Assembly: GCA_964016885.1 (NCBI GenBank) | Contig: OZ024742.1 | Location: 237,770,001 to 237,834,000, forward strand | DNA from: Eledone cirrhosa | Lineage: Eukaryota | DNA length: 64,000 bases | Reading direction: 5' to 3' | Part shown: positions 1 to 12,839 of the stretch, piece by piece | Position numbering within the stretch: position 1 is the first letter of the stretch | Layout of the letters: every line of letters begins with the position of its first letter | The notes under the pieces: model-generated | Seen by the model: only the letters and a program-made list of their open reading frames with translations | What the model was told of the DNA's origin: nothing | Database searches by the model: none | Program-made: the position numbers and the translations under genes

Positions 1-303
1 AAAGAGTGTTCTGATGGTATCAGAATCCTAAGCAGAGGCTTTACGTTTGTACTGCTGTACAATTCGGTGACTCCAGCTCTTCGCAAACTTTTACAACAAA
101 CGACCGTGCAACTTGTAGGAAACGAGCAATCTCTAAATCAATATGCCCCGCCTGTAATCAAATGATTACAGCATACCTTTTTATTTGCCGAGTTAGCTTA
201 ATATGTCTGTCATCATTTGTCTGAAATGAAATGATTATCAGAATTAGTTAGAAAAAAGCTAGAGCTGTTGAAGGACGTGTCCTGAAAGATCTGAGCATCC
301 CTG
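1..303 (-). mobile_element. Tc1/mariner-superfamily relic (left end and transposase N-terminus)
   Basis: Minus strand begins TA|CAGGGATGCTC (TIR-like). It then translates KRYAVII*LQAGHIDLEIARFLQVARSFVVKVCEELE, an HTH-like transposase N-terminus with stops. Confidence 0.55.
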
Positions 304-2673
304 TATATATAAGGTACGTTAAAATATTCACTTATCTTCGTTCCTAAGCGTGAAACTAATATGACTGTGTTATAGTATCTCTGTTCGCCCTATTTTTCTT
401 GAAATATGTGTGTGTGTGTGGTGTGTGTACGCGTGTGTGTGTATGTATGTATATACATTTATATATATATGTACATCCATTTGTATATATGTATATATTC
501 TCTATAAACAACACGCCTTTCCACTTATTGTTATAGTTTCATTAGTACTAATGACATTATACATCTTGTAAATTATTACAAACATTTAATTAACTCTAGG
601 GGAGGGGGGTGTTCAGTCATTAGAACATCGGATTAAAGATGTCTCGGTATTTTCTCCCTGTACTCCGAGTTCAAAACCCGTCGAGGTCAAATTTTCCTTT
701 CACCCTTCCACGTCGATAAACATAGTTTTACTCCCGTACTGTGATCGAATCTTCCTTCACCCTCTCCTCTCTCTCACACAAACTCTCTCTTTCTCTCTCC
801 CTGGAGAGGGATGGGCTTTGCTAATTATAAAATGCCTAAGGCATGTGTGTTATGTCGGAAGTCCTACGACTCCATCTGGATTTGAGGGGCTTTAGATTCT
901 TTCTTCAATTAATCCAAATGCATTATTTTATTTGTCTTGTAGCATAGTCATTTTAAATAGAGTTTAGCTTTACCTTTTTTTTTCTATTTTCAAGATTAAA
1001 TAGAATTAAACCTAGAGATACGTGTGTAACGTAATATAAAATAATGAAAACCTGGAAATATAACAGAAATCGTTTTATATGAAATGTCATCTTTATCACA
1101 TCTACTGCTGTAACATGACATTACACAACCTTTCTCTATCATTCTAACTGTGACTTTCTATCCCCCATTCTCTGTTGGTATGGATACACACTCATACACA
1201 CATGTATGTATAAACACACATGTGTATATATGTATACACAAACATGTGAGTGACCTTTAGGAATTTGCTATGACTCACTCTCATTATAATATCTGACATG
1301 AAATCTGCCGGGTGAAACGAATTAAGAATTAAAATAATTGATCTACATTTGGCACAAGGCAAGCAATTTTGAAGGGAAGAGAGAAGTCAATTAAATCGAT
1401 TTCAGTTCTTTACTAGTATTTCATTTTATCAATCCTGGAAGGGTGAGAAGCAAAGTTGACCTCTGTAGTATTTGAACACAGATCACTCTTTGATAGGTTT
1501 ATCCTCGACCTCATTCATCTATTTAAGCTCATGGGTTTTATCCAACCATCTACCCATGGAACTTCTGTCGGTTGGTTCTGCCTGTAAAATCTGTCCAGCG
1601 ATTTTTACCTGAAGTGATTCTCTGATCTCCGAGCTACGTTATTCCAAAGACCATTCGGAGGAACCCCATTTCAGCCACTTATATTCGCGATCGTATTCTT
1701 TCAATCATTATCCAAGCATTGGTTGCTTCAAGGTATTGGTGCATGCTATTTGTTATTATCTTGCAGGAGAGCTCCAATTGGATTAGACCTCTGCTTCCCT
1801 CAGATCTGGGCATATAGAATCGCTCAATATCCTCTTTAAAGTGATGACCTTAGTATCCATTCTTTGGATATACCGTACTGTCTAGTCATGTTAAAACTAC
1901 ACTGAACAGCATGTATAATGTTGTAATTGTTGATGTTAGATTGACAAAGACGTTAGAGAGTCAGAGATGTGCTTAGCAGTAATTTTTTCTGGCTCTTTAC
2001 GTTACGAGTTCGAATTTTACCGAAGTCACCTTTGCATTTCATCTTTCTGAGTTCGATAAAATAAAATATCACTCGATTACTGGGATCAATATAATCGACT
2101 TTCTCTTCCACCAAATATTGATGGCTATGTGCCTAAATAAGAAACCATTGTTGTTATTTTTATTACTGTTGTTGTTCTCAAATATCCAACAAATGTTTCT
2201 GCCTTCCCCACTTTCACCAATATTATCTGCCTACGTTAAATTTAATGGTTGCCCTCTAAGTCCATCTCTTGTGAGATTCTTTGATGTCTAAACTCACAAT
2301 TTACTTTTATATCCCTGTCACTGATATCATAGACTTCTTTAACTACTCCCATTGTTGTTATTGCTCAAACTACCAGCATTAATTCTCGGAATGTACACAC
2401 GAATCCACCATTTTAATGACAAATAGGAAAGGTCTCTTAAATTCGGATGAAGTCGTTGTGAAATGTTCCTCAAATTTCAAACTATGCTCTTAACAAAAGC
2501 ACGACACATTTTACAATGTAATCCTAGATACATTATGTTTGAATAAGAACTGAGATGGTCAAGGCTAGAATGGTTTTAATCACAGGTCTGATACATCGGC
2601 AAATGATAATAAATGTGATGCCTTCTACTATAGACAAATGCCTTGCGAGTGAAATTTGGAAGAGCGGCCCGTC

Positions 2674-2744
<71 letters not shown>

Positions 2745-2859
2745 ATGATATTAAATAAATGTAAACTATATTTATTCTATTATATATTCTTTCTCTTTCT
2801 TCTTCCTACAAATACATACATATATCCTAATAATTATTTAAATCTACCTAACGTCTAAA

Positions 2860-3240
2860 AATAACGTTTTTTTTCAGCCCTATACCTCAACCTCATTTGC
2901 ATACTCATCTTAATAATTTGAAATATTTGACCTTTCTTCTCTTTCCCTTCTTTCCTTTACTATCCAGGAAAAACTTGAACCGTTAAGATCTTCTTCCTGG
3001 GTATGTCAATATTTATAAAACAAACTTTGTATTTTATCTGATGAGAGCGTACCAAAGTTTTGGTACCCTTGAAATATACAATAGAATAAATATGGTTTTA
3101 TAAATATAGATTCCATTTATTTAATATCATTTAATATCATTGAATATTATACTCCAGAAAACTTGTCGAGTGCTTTGAATCAGTTATAAACATTTATATT
3201 TGTTGAATTACCAACAAATTAAATATCCCTTTTGCTTATA
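2860..3240 (+). mobile_element. Penelope-like pseudo-LTR fragment with a degenerate minimal hammerhead at 3030-3088
   Basis: tattttat-CTGATGA-stem II-GAAA-tataca-atagaata. Homologous to 60960-61130(-) and 63070-63285. Confidence 0.65.
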
Positions 3241-3249
3241 TATATATAA

Positions 3250-3605
3250 TTCAGAGAAGTAGCGCCTCTACCTTTTGATCTTCTAGCTACGCACTCTATC
3301 GAGTAAAGTTCCCCAAACAGACCCTCTGAAGGAATCCTATTTCGGTCGTTTGTATTCGCGATCGTATTCTTTCGGTCATTAATCAAGATTCATGCCCATA
3401 GATAAGGAATGGAAGATAGCGAGTTTGGCTTTTACACTTAACTCCCTTCTTCTGATTACCGAATCCTGAAGGTGACACATTACTGCACCAGCTCTTACAA
3501 ATGTAAGACTTATTCAGCCTTCCATCACTCGTGAACATGGCCCCGACACCCTTGATCTCCACTTGATTCAGTGGAACTCCATTCACATGTAGAGTGCCAG
3601 GACAA
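3250..3605 (-). mobile_element. RTE-clade LINE RT 3' fragment
   Basis: LHVNGVPLNQVEIKGVGAMFTSDGRL resembles the RTE RT thumb region. Related fragments lie at about 1545-1720(-) and 59170-60302(+). Confidence 0.6.
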
Positions 3606-4462
3606 ACATCAAATTCATGGTAAAGCTTGGGTGGAAGAGCAGCCAAATCATTGGCGCTCTGGAGCAAGTCTATGGGAACAATGCCCCTAAGAAATCAACA
3701 ACTTACAAATGGATAATTCGTTTTAGAAGTGGAAGAGATGAGGGCTGAGCAAGCTTTCCGCTTGGTGGATCCCAAAGCTGTTGCACCCAGATTAGAAACA
3801 AACAAGGGCAGATCTTTCGAGGAAAATTTTGAACAAGTTGGATGAAGATCCTGAAACTTTTCTGCAGAGAATTGTTACCGGGATGAAACATCGCTCTACC
3901 AGTGCGATCCCGAGGTCAAACCTCAATTGGAACAGTCGCTTCCCAGGGGTGGAAGTGGGCGAGCCAAGACAAAATCGGAGCTTTCAAGAGTGAAGATTAT
4001 GGCCACTTTCTTCCGAGATGCAGAGGGCATTTTGCTGGTTGACTTCCTTAAGAACAAGAAAACAATTACAGCTGAATATTATGAAGGGGTTTTGAGAAAA
4101 ATGGCAAAGAAAATCACAGAAAAACACCCGAAGACGCTGCGTCGGCGCGTCCTCTTCAACCACTACAATGCTCACGGCGCTCGGCATACACGAGCTGTAT
4201 TAGGCGAATTGCGATGGGAAATCATCCGACACCCATCTTACAGTCCCGATTTAGCCCGATCCGACTTCTTTTTGTTTCCAAACCCGAAAAAAGGTACCCG
4301 TTTTCCATCAGTTGAAGTAAAAAAAAAAAAGCTAAAAGAAAAGCTGCTTTAACATGGTTTAAATTGCATGGCTCTCAGTTTTACTCAGATGTTGAAAAAT
4401 AAATATAACTTAAAGCGTTCTTTCAACTGTCCTTTTTCCACGAACGTTTTGAAGCCATCTCG
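3606..4462 (+). mobile_element. mariner transposase pseudogene (Hsmar2/irritans-like) with 3' TIR
   Basis: IKFMVKLGWK...YKWIIRFRSGR and KIMATFFRDAEGILLVDFL...HPSYSPDLARSDFFLFP. Ends ttccacgaacgttttgaagccatctcg|TA. Confidence 0.9.
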
Positions 4463-4708
4463 TATATATATATATATATATATACCTTCTATCCATTGCT
4501 AAAACAAATTATCACCGTATAATTTTTCCTCTTTCCTAATTAGTGAATGTTTCAATAAAGAGAGCTAATAAGATTGAAATATGCCTGTTGCTTCGGCACT
4601 GTTGGTCAGGCACTGGGGTCGATTAGGTCGACTCTCCCTCCTCCGAAATTGTTGATCCTCTGCAGAAAATCTCAAATATATAAATCGAACTCAATTCCTT
4701 ACACTCTC

Positions 4709-4800
4709 AGCCATGATTGAGTGGTTAAACAGTTCGCTTTACAATCATGAGATCGTGAGTTCGATCCTACTGACTGACGTCTTGGGCAAGTGTCATTATC
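4709..4800 (+). mobile_element. tRNA-derived SINE head (second family)
   Basis: A-box-like TGATTGAGTGG and B-box GTTCGATCC, followed by cttgggcaagtgtc. A related degenerate copy lies near 45712-45850. Confidence 0.55.
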
Positions 4801-5202
4801 ATAATGTCACTTACCTAAGGATTGGGTTCAAAATGGAGGCATGACTAACAATGTCTAAGTTATTGATTCAAGGAGAACTGATAGTCTGGACAATCGAAAG
4901 CTAATGTTCATAACGTTATAACTGGATATAAAGTTTTTATTAAAAACTTATCTTGAGACATATTGATTTTCTACATACATATTTATGTGGAATCTATATA
5001 TTATTCGTCAGATTTCTTCTTTTACACTTTTATCATCTTAATCTTTTACTGCTTTCATCTATTAGATTGTGCCCATGCTAGAGCACCACCTTGAAAGAAG
5101 TTCAACCTCCTTAGTTCTTTCTTTCGAGTCTGTTCAAATACTTAGTTACGAGACACACACACACACACACACACGCACGCACACGTGCACGCGCACACAC
5201 GC

Positions 5203-5292
<90 letters not shown>

Positions 5293-6589
5293 TTAAGCTC
5301 GGTAAACAAAAAGTCCATGGCCGCAGTCTAATTTCAAACAAATAAAAGAGTAAAATAATTTTAAAAAATGTTTCAAGAATTGTTTTAAACAGTAATTTAT
5401 ATATATCATTTATATATCATTACACATAACTGTCAACAACAGATCAACACTTTTTGTTTTTCAAACCTAATTTTTCCATAAATGTGTTTATTTTGTGTTG
5501 TATAGCACACGTCAAAATATTATTACATTTATGATATACCTTAAAAACATAAGTAACCTGAGAATAACATAAAATGTTTTTTTGTATCTTTTAGTATCTT
5601 TTAGACATTTAACATCGTGTATTCTCACGTTTGCATTATTTTATTTCGGATATTTATGTTCTGAGTTTAAATTCCAGCGAGATCAACTTTACCTTTCAGC
5701 CTTCCGGAGATTGATAAACTAAAGTACTTCTTTTTCTGGGGTCAAGAATATAAAGTATCAGTCATGCACTGGGGTCGGTATAATCGAATATTTCCACCCA
5801 CCTTCAAATGTTAGCTTTGTGTTTAAATTAGAAACCAATGGGTGGTGGATCAGCAGAATCGTGAGAGCATCGGCAAAAATGCTTTGCGTCATGTATTCCA
5901 GCTTTCTATGTTGTAAGTTCTAAAGCCACCGAAGTCAGCTGTGTCTTTCTTCCTTCCTAGGTCGATGAAATAAAGTACCAATTATGTATAGGGGTCAATT
6001 TGATCTAATGTTTCCACATCCCAAAATCGCTGGCCTTGTGCCTACATCAGAAACTATCATCATTAGTGTTATTGCCATTGAATATTGTTACAACATTACT
6101 AGGCACAGCTTTCAGTACCTTCGGTATGTGCAGTATTGTTTTTTGTGCTGTTCTTTGCATTGTACTGAAACAATTCTGCTTAACCTGTGCAGTGCCCAGC
6201 ACTTCTATTTCTGTATGCTGTATATATTTGTAAGTTTATTTAAATGTATGTGCTTGTGTGTGTGTCTTTTATTATCATCATTCCCAGAGTACCTTTTATT
6301 ATATGGATTGCTTCTCTTTTCATCATTCACATTCGGGTTTTCTTTTTTCGTCTTTTTCTACCTTTTCTTTTTTCTGTTTTCTTTACCTTTTTCTTTTTAT
6401 TTTCTCTTTACTCGGTATTTTGTTGTTTCTCTGTCTGCATTTGGATTGCTAAATATTAGGTATCTAGTACATTTCGTAAAGTTCTTGCTCTACCAAGCAA
6501 ATAAGCCTTCTGTAGAGTCAGAAAATTCACATTTGCATCCAACTTCTTCAATAAAACATTTAAAATTCTAGCCACTGTCTATAAAGCTC

Positions 6590-8640
6590 CCATTACATAG
6601 GAGCCTTTTGTAACAAATCCAGATTTTCTATTTTTCCTATTTCAGGTCTTAGCATTCTTTTCTTTTCTCGTGTACTTTGCCCACCACTTTAGCATCAAAT
6701 TGTCAAGCGGTATAGATTAGCCATCGCACCCACCGCTTCACACCTTGTAACCACTGTGATTAGCTTTTTATCTCGATGCTTTTGAGTATTTGAGAAATAT
6801 TTTCACTGTAAGCTGTCCTACTCATGTCGTTGCTTTATAGATTTCAAGGCTTCACCTTTTTCCTCTCCTTCATTTAGTATCTCTTTATCCAGTAATCATA
6901 TTAAGAACACCTCTATCAGCAAAATAATGTCTTATGCTCTACATCTCTATTTTCACAGTTTTCTACACTTAGCAACCCTCTTCCTATCTCGTTTCTGTTG
7001 AAATATATCTTGTCTGTGGAGATAAGCTTCTGTACGTTGTCATGAGCTTCCATGTTTTTCTAACTTCTAAAATTCTTCCTTCGTCCATTCCTGTGTTATG
7101 TCTGATTATTGATACTGCTCTCGAGTTTATGGCACTGATAGTATTTATGCCATTGAGTTTTGTTTTTAATATCTTCTTTACTCTTCTTAGATATGCTTTC
7201 CTAATTCTGTTTTTCATTAGTCAGTCTTTTATACTATCATCTTACAAAAAAGCAAACAAAAAGAAAGCAAAAAAACAAAACAAACAAAAACATTTATATA
7301 TATCATCTGTGTCAATTTCTCGGATTTTCTCTTCGTATGGTAAATCACGGATTGGCAGTATCGGTAGAGGGTCGGACGCCATGCTTTGCAGCAAAGAGTT
7401 ACGCCCCGTTATGGTCTGAGTTCAAATCTCGCCGAGGTTAACTTTGCCTTTCATCCCTACGGGGTCGATAAAATAAAGTACCAGTAATACACTGAGATAA
7501 TTGTGGCCTTGTGCCAAGCGTAGAAACAATTATATTTGCTTCTGATCATCACAAGGTTACCACGCTTGGAAATGCCAGGCGATTCCAGCCCCTCTCTTTC
7601 TTGTCATATAACTTCTGATCATCCATAAACAGCAAATGGCTGTCTCTCTTCCGGGCTTGGATTAGATTATACCCAACTTTTATTTTCCCCAATCCTACCA
7701 AAGGTAAGATTTATGCAATGAAAAAAATATGGGTGATAAACATTTCCCCTTGGAAAATTCAGCGATCTATTATGACCTTTTCAAGGGAGTATCTGCCTGT
7801 TTTTAGTTCTGTTCTCCACCCCATCATTCTTACTTTTATCAACTTATTAATGCAATTTGCAATTCCGAACATTTTCAGTATCTTCAAAATCTAAGATTTG
7901 GCGGGGCCATATCATATATTTTCTTATAATTAATCCACACTATTGCTAACCCAGTTTTCTTCTTATGCAATTTCTTATTCTCCAGTTAACAGCTGGTATT
8001 TTGTAACTTCTGAATGTTTTGTTCTAATAGGTGAGCAAACATACTTTCAGCAAACATACTTGTTAACAGTTTCAATAGTTATTTGCTTATACGTTGAGAT
8101 TTCAGCTCCTTTCCGTTTGTTCTTCATGATCAGCGTTGAACTACCCTTAGTCACCAAGGCAAGAACTGCCATTAGTCATTGGGACAAGTCTTCATTCTGG
8201 GGACTTTCATTTAATAGGTCTGTCTGTAAATGCCTCGGTGTTTTAATGTTTTTCATCCAGAACTCTTGCAGACAGTCTAGTCTAGTTGACCTCAAATTAG
8301 GTAGCTTGTCAGCTTGTTTTGTAATAAGCTCCAAAGTGGATCTTTCTTTTATTTTCTCCTATCCATTCTACCTCCTTGCTGTGATTAACTTTCTTGCTTC
8401 ATATATGACTCCAAAATTCTTTGCATCTCTCTGCATCTAGTACTTCAGCTTCTTAATCTCTTCTGATTATTCTGTAACAGCTGTTCTTCTAGAATTGTTC
8501 TAGTTTAATCTTGTACAGCTTTATTTATTTTCAATCTTTACTTCAGCTTTTCAATTATAACATTCAGTTCCCTCTTTTTCACATATTTCTCTTAGTGTTT
8601 TGCTGAGTCCGACTTTTCTTGGTTCACCTTCTGTTAAAGA
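6590..8640 (-). mobile_element. Old degraded Dong/R4-clade LINE, interrupted by a SINE
   Basis: ORF 6984-7217 RIRKAYLRRVKKILKTKLNGINTISAINSRAVSIIR is homologous to the RT thumb of the element at 22010-25343. Confidence 0.75.
7349..7531 (+). mobile_element. tRNA-derived SINE (main family)
   Basis: TGGCAGTATCGG (A box), GAGTTCAAATC (B box), core tttgcctttcatcc..ggggtcgataaaataaagtaccag, tail gtagaaacaatta. Confidence 0.9.
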
Positions 8641-8701
8641 CTGTAGTTGACTCAAGCAAATTTGTGTGTGTATGTATGTGTGTGTGTGAATATATGTACA
8701 G

Positions 8702-8966
8702 TGGCACTCCGTCGGTTACGATATTAACGTGCAAGTGGCTGAGCATTCCGCAAACATGCATATTATTAACGTAGTTCTTAGAGAGATTCAGCGTGCCACC
8801 GAATGTAACAAAGCTCGCCTTTGAATTACTGGTACAACTCATTTTTGCCAGCTGATTGGGCCGAAGCAACATGAAATAAAGTGTATTGCTCAAAAAGACA
8901 ACGTGCCGCTGGGAATCGATCTCATCACCTTACGATCGTGAGCTGAATACCCTAACCACTAAGCCA
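8702..8966 (-). mobile_element. tRNA-derived SINE (third family)
   Basis: Minus strand TGGCTTAGTGG...GATCGATTCC, followed by ttgagcaatacactt. Confidence 0.75.
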
Positions 8967-9082
8967 GATGGCACAACGAGCCAAGGTTTTGATCAACACG
9001 AATAAATTGATCTTTCGATTTTATTGTTGACACACTTGTACAGGCATCGCAGCCCACCAATAATGCCAAAGTTGCCCATGAC

Positions 9083-10215
9083 AAGAATTGTAACTGCCAC
9101 CCACCTGAAACCTGTCTATTACATAATGAATGTATGCAGTCTAACCTGGTTTACCAATGCACAGTGGAATCAGACAACCAGAAATGGTATTACATCGGAG
9201 CGACTGGGAACACATTTAAAGCCCGTTGGTATACATACCGTTACGCAATGAAACATTCCCAGCATCGTTATGTAACTACCCTTGCAAACAAGACCTGACA
9301 ACTGAGGGAAAGTAACCATCAATACACCCTGAAGTGGAAAAAATTATCGAACGCGCCCCCATATCGGAGTGGTATGAGAAGCTGTCGATTATGCGACCTT
9401 GAGCTGTTCCACATCTTCAGTTCGAAGAATAAGTTACTCAACAATAAAATCGAAAGATCAATTTATTGTAACCATAGACTCAAAGAGAAGTTTTCGCACT
9501 ACAAGTGCAAATCGAACCCTTAACCTCTTACTACCACTGACAAACTGCATATACTTTGACTTTATACCCTCTTGTTGTATATAAACCCTTTTAATTACCC
9601 ACAAAAACCAATACCTATATCCCCCCTTCTCCTTCATTCCTCTTCTATTTCTTCGTTTTCTTCCTTCCTTCCCTCCCCTTCTTGGCTATCTTTTCTTTTC
9701 TTCTTTCTCCCCCCTTCTTTGCTTTTATTTTTGTCATTATTATCTTTATCTTTATTTTTTATATATATATTTATCTCTTTATATCTCCCCCCCCCCTCTC
9801 TCTCTCTCTATCCATCCATCCCACTATGATCAATTTAATTCTCTTTAACTCACTACATTCCACGACATGAAGTCTGAATATCAAAACTGATCAAGGAATC
9901 CTTCCATCTCAGTTTGTCACTCTACTTCCTAACTCTTCTCCCCTTCCTCTCTCTATACTATTCCGTTTGTCCCCTCACCTTCTGATTCCTCTCTCTATAT
10001 ACTAGTAAATACAATTCCAAATAAATGTTTTTCTCTATATATTAAGAATTATTTCAAGAGCAACTTACTCACTATTTTGAAAATTTGGACTGTGAACAAC
10101 AATTATAATTGAGTGGCTGCTATTTGCAGTATAACAATATAAGGTTGCACTTACCAATGAAACGGTCGTAAATACCTGGATAAAATCCTTCTCTTAATGC
10201 TTACCTGTGTTTTCT

Positions 10216-10220
<5 letters not shown>
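9083..10220 (+). mobile_element. Penelope-like element 3' part: GIY-YIG endonuclease pseudogene and pyrimidine-rich 3' UTR
   Basis: KNCNCHPPETCLLHNECMQSNLVYQCTVESDNQKWYYIGATGNTFKARW...CRLCDLE, with a stop and a frameshift. Ends at (TA)n. Confidence 0.85.
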
Positions 10221-10271
<51 letters not shown>

Positions 10272-10665
10272 GTATGTTTATGTACACTTTTTCTTCTAAC
10301 TTTGATTTTGTACCTAATTATGTATGGTTAACTGTATGTCTAGTCAATTTCTACAGGCTATCAGATATACTAGGTAAATTTTCTGTGGCTGTGAATTGCG
10401 GATTAAACGCTATAATTTATTTATCTATTATTTCTTCATAGGTAAATGAATTTTTGTATGGTTGATTATGCTGAAAAGAAATACTGTATATATTTTATCT
10501 AATGATTCTATGGACTTACTTTCCTATATATATATAGTAAGGTGCATTATTGGTTGTGTAAAATGGTCCAATAACTTTATGTTAGCAATATTAAGTTCTC
10601 CACGCTTTTGTATATCACCAATTCCATTCGAGGGAACAACTAGATGATGTAAAACGGAGTATAAG

Positions 10666-10776
10666 TATCAAAATGAAAATCCGAAGGCAAGGTAAAATTC
10701 CAATCATTTAATCACATTTGAAACATGTGTCGTGATTAAATGATTGGAATTTTACCTTGCCTTCGGATTTTCATTT

Positions 10777-10781
<5 letters not shown>
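10666..10781. repeat. Perfect ~50-bp inverted repeat with a 16-nt spacer containing half a hammerhead
   Basis: Arms 10666-10715 and 10732-10781; spacer atttGAAAcatgtgTC. Confidence 0.85.
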
Positions 10782-10811
<30 letters not shown>

Positions 10812-10816
<5 letters not shown>

Positions 10817-10970
10817 AGAGTCAGGAACCCGAGGGCAGAGCTTAAGCCGTTTCGACGGCTATTTTTGGAGTCCAGAACTCTTTTCCTATTAGCCACTCTT
10901 CTACCCAAAGTATCGAGTACTCTGGTGCGTTATGGTCCACCTGGTTCCTTACCACACTTCTTTCGTTATA
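10812..10970. mobile_element. Short non-coding repeat family B (PLE-pLTR-like)
   Basis: Homologous to 21830-22010, 36672-36838, 44335-44432, 48385-48500 and 49273-49466. Usually bounded by TA runs. Confidence 0.8.
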
Positions 10971-10974
10971 TATA

Positions 10975-11163
10975 GGGCGGTGGATTGGCAGTATCGGTAG
11001 AGAGTCGGACGCCATGCTTTCTAGCATAGTTACGTCCCTTTACGGTCTGAGTTCAAATCTCGCCGAGGTTCACTTTGCCTTTCATCCTTACAGGGTCGAT
11101 AAAATAGAGTACCAGTAATGTACTGGGTAATTTGCTGGCCTTGTGCCAAAAGTAGAAACAGTT
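10975..11163 (+). mobile_element. tRNA-derived SINE (main family), full length
   Basis: gggcggtggattggcagtatcgg...gtagaaacagtta. Confidence 0.9.
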
Positions 11164-11208
11164 ATATATATATATATTCGTATGTATATATATATACACA
11201 CACGCATG

Positions 11209-11294
<86 letters not shown>

Positions 11295-11304
11295 TATATA
11301 TATG

Positions 11305-11740
11305 TTAGCAGAGGTACCCGGCGTTACTCGGCTATTAAATAGCAGTTGTGTATACAATTTATGTCAATACTTCAGAGCTGCTTCGAAAATTATACTTTTA
11401 CAAAATCATCGGCTTCTTCCAGAAGTGGGTTCCTGCCTCCAGGGGTACCCTACTCAATGTGTGCCAATTCTGAGAGTTCACATTCATCTGTATGACAAAC
11501 GTAGCCCATGTGTCAAATTTTGTGAAAATCGGTTCGTTGCGAACTTCAGAAGTTATGACGTTTTGTTGCATTGCACTGCAGTTCTTCAGTCGACTCCAAG
11601 GAAGCGTTTGAAGGGTGTTATCTGCCGGGAGGCCCTATAATCAATATCTGGAAAAATGAAAGTGCCCATGACCATCTGAAGTACATAAGTAACCTATGTC
11701 TTAAGTTTGGTGAAAATACTGTAGAAATGCATAAGGTTTA
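11305..11740 (-). mobile_element. Non-autonomous Helitron
   Basis: 3' GC hairpin plus ctaa/ctag terminus on the minus strand. An inverted homologous copy lies at 17410-17743. Confidence 0.7.
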
Positions 11741-11899
11741 TACACACGCACGCGCGCGCGTTTGTGTTTGTGTTTGTGGGTGTGTATGTATTTGTGTGTG
11801 CGTATGTATGTGTATGTCCGTCGGGGTATACGTATGTACTGGCCTAAATCTTCACTATTTACTTTTACTATTTTAATAACCTGTCATTTGCGTTTTCAA

Positions 11900-12238
11900 T
11901 TTTATTTACATCATTCTTAAACTCCGGGGCTGGAAATCATTCTGTTATTTTAAATAGAATATTAGTATAACGACTCCATTTATACCATGAACTTGGTCTT
12001 GTTTTTGCATGAAATTGTTCTTCTCGGTCCACATAACGACGCATTATCCTCACTTTTTTTCCGTTCATTACCAGGGAACGTCTTCACGAACCAAAATATA
12101 GTCTTCCTGTATTCCTTCGGTTGCAACGTTTCTCGAAATATTTACATCTGCGTTCACAGATTATATTTGTTAGTTTCAGAAGATCCCGTTAATGTTGAAA
12201 GCAGTGATTCTTTGCTTAAACTTTAATCTGTTCTTATA

Positions 12239-12293
<55 letters not shown>

Positions 12294-12366
12294 GTGTGTG
12301 TTATAAGAACAGATAAAAGTTTAAGCAAATAATCGCTGCTTTCAACATTAACGGGATCTTCTGAAA

Positions 12367-12370
<4 letters not shown>
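11900..12370 (+). mobile_element. Non-coding repeat family D with a hammerhead variant at 12172-12222, plus a short inverted end copy at 12301-12370
   Basis: Homologous to 19560-19720(-) and 40285-40620(-). Motif agttt-CAGAAGA-stem II-GAAA-gca..tgc-TT-aaact. Confidence 0.75.
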
Positions 12371-12413
<43 letters not shown>

Positions 12414-12730
12414 AGAGAGAGAGAGAGACAGAGAGAGGGAGAGAGATAGAGAGAGAGGGGGGAGAGACGGGGTTGATAAAATAAAGTACCAGTAATGTGC
12501 TGGCCTTGTGCCTAAAGTTGAAACAATTATTACAAAAAAGTGCAGCAGAGAATCCCGCGTGAACTCACAGCTCGGGAGGAAACTGCTTACCTCGAAGAAT
12601 ATGCCATCGTTCTTGTCAACTTGGTATTTGTTGGTCTACAGTTGGATGAATGGCGCACAAAGGGTTAATGTTTATTGGCAAGAAGTTTTTTTGATAATAA
12701 AAGACGGGTTAAAGCGACCCACAATCTATC

Positions 12731-12838
<108 letters not shown>

Positions 12839-12839
12839 A

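Noticed and set aside
5984-6571. 195-aa hydrophobic ORF
   Set aside because: It starts inside a SINE and runs through T-rich low-complexity DNA with no recognisable motif.
7349-7531. tRNA genes at A/B-box sequences
   Set aside because: These are SINE heads fused to a shared core and tail, with no intact cloverleaf.
10120-10176. GAAAcggtcgTA half-hammerhead after the GIY-YIG relic
   Set aside because: No recognisable CUGANGA or stem II upstream, and only one copy.
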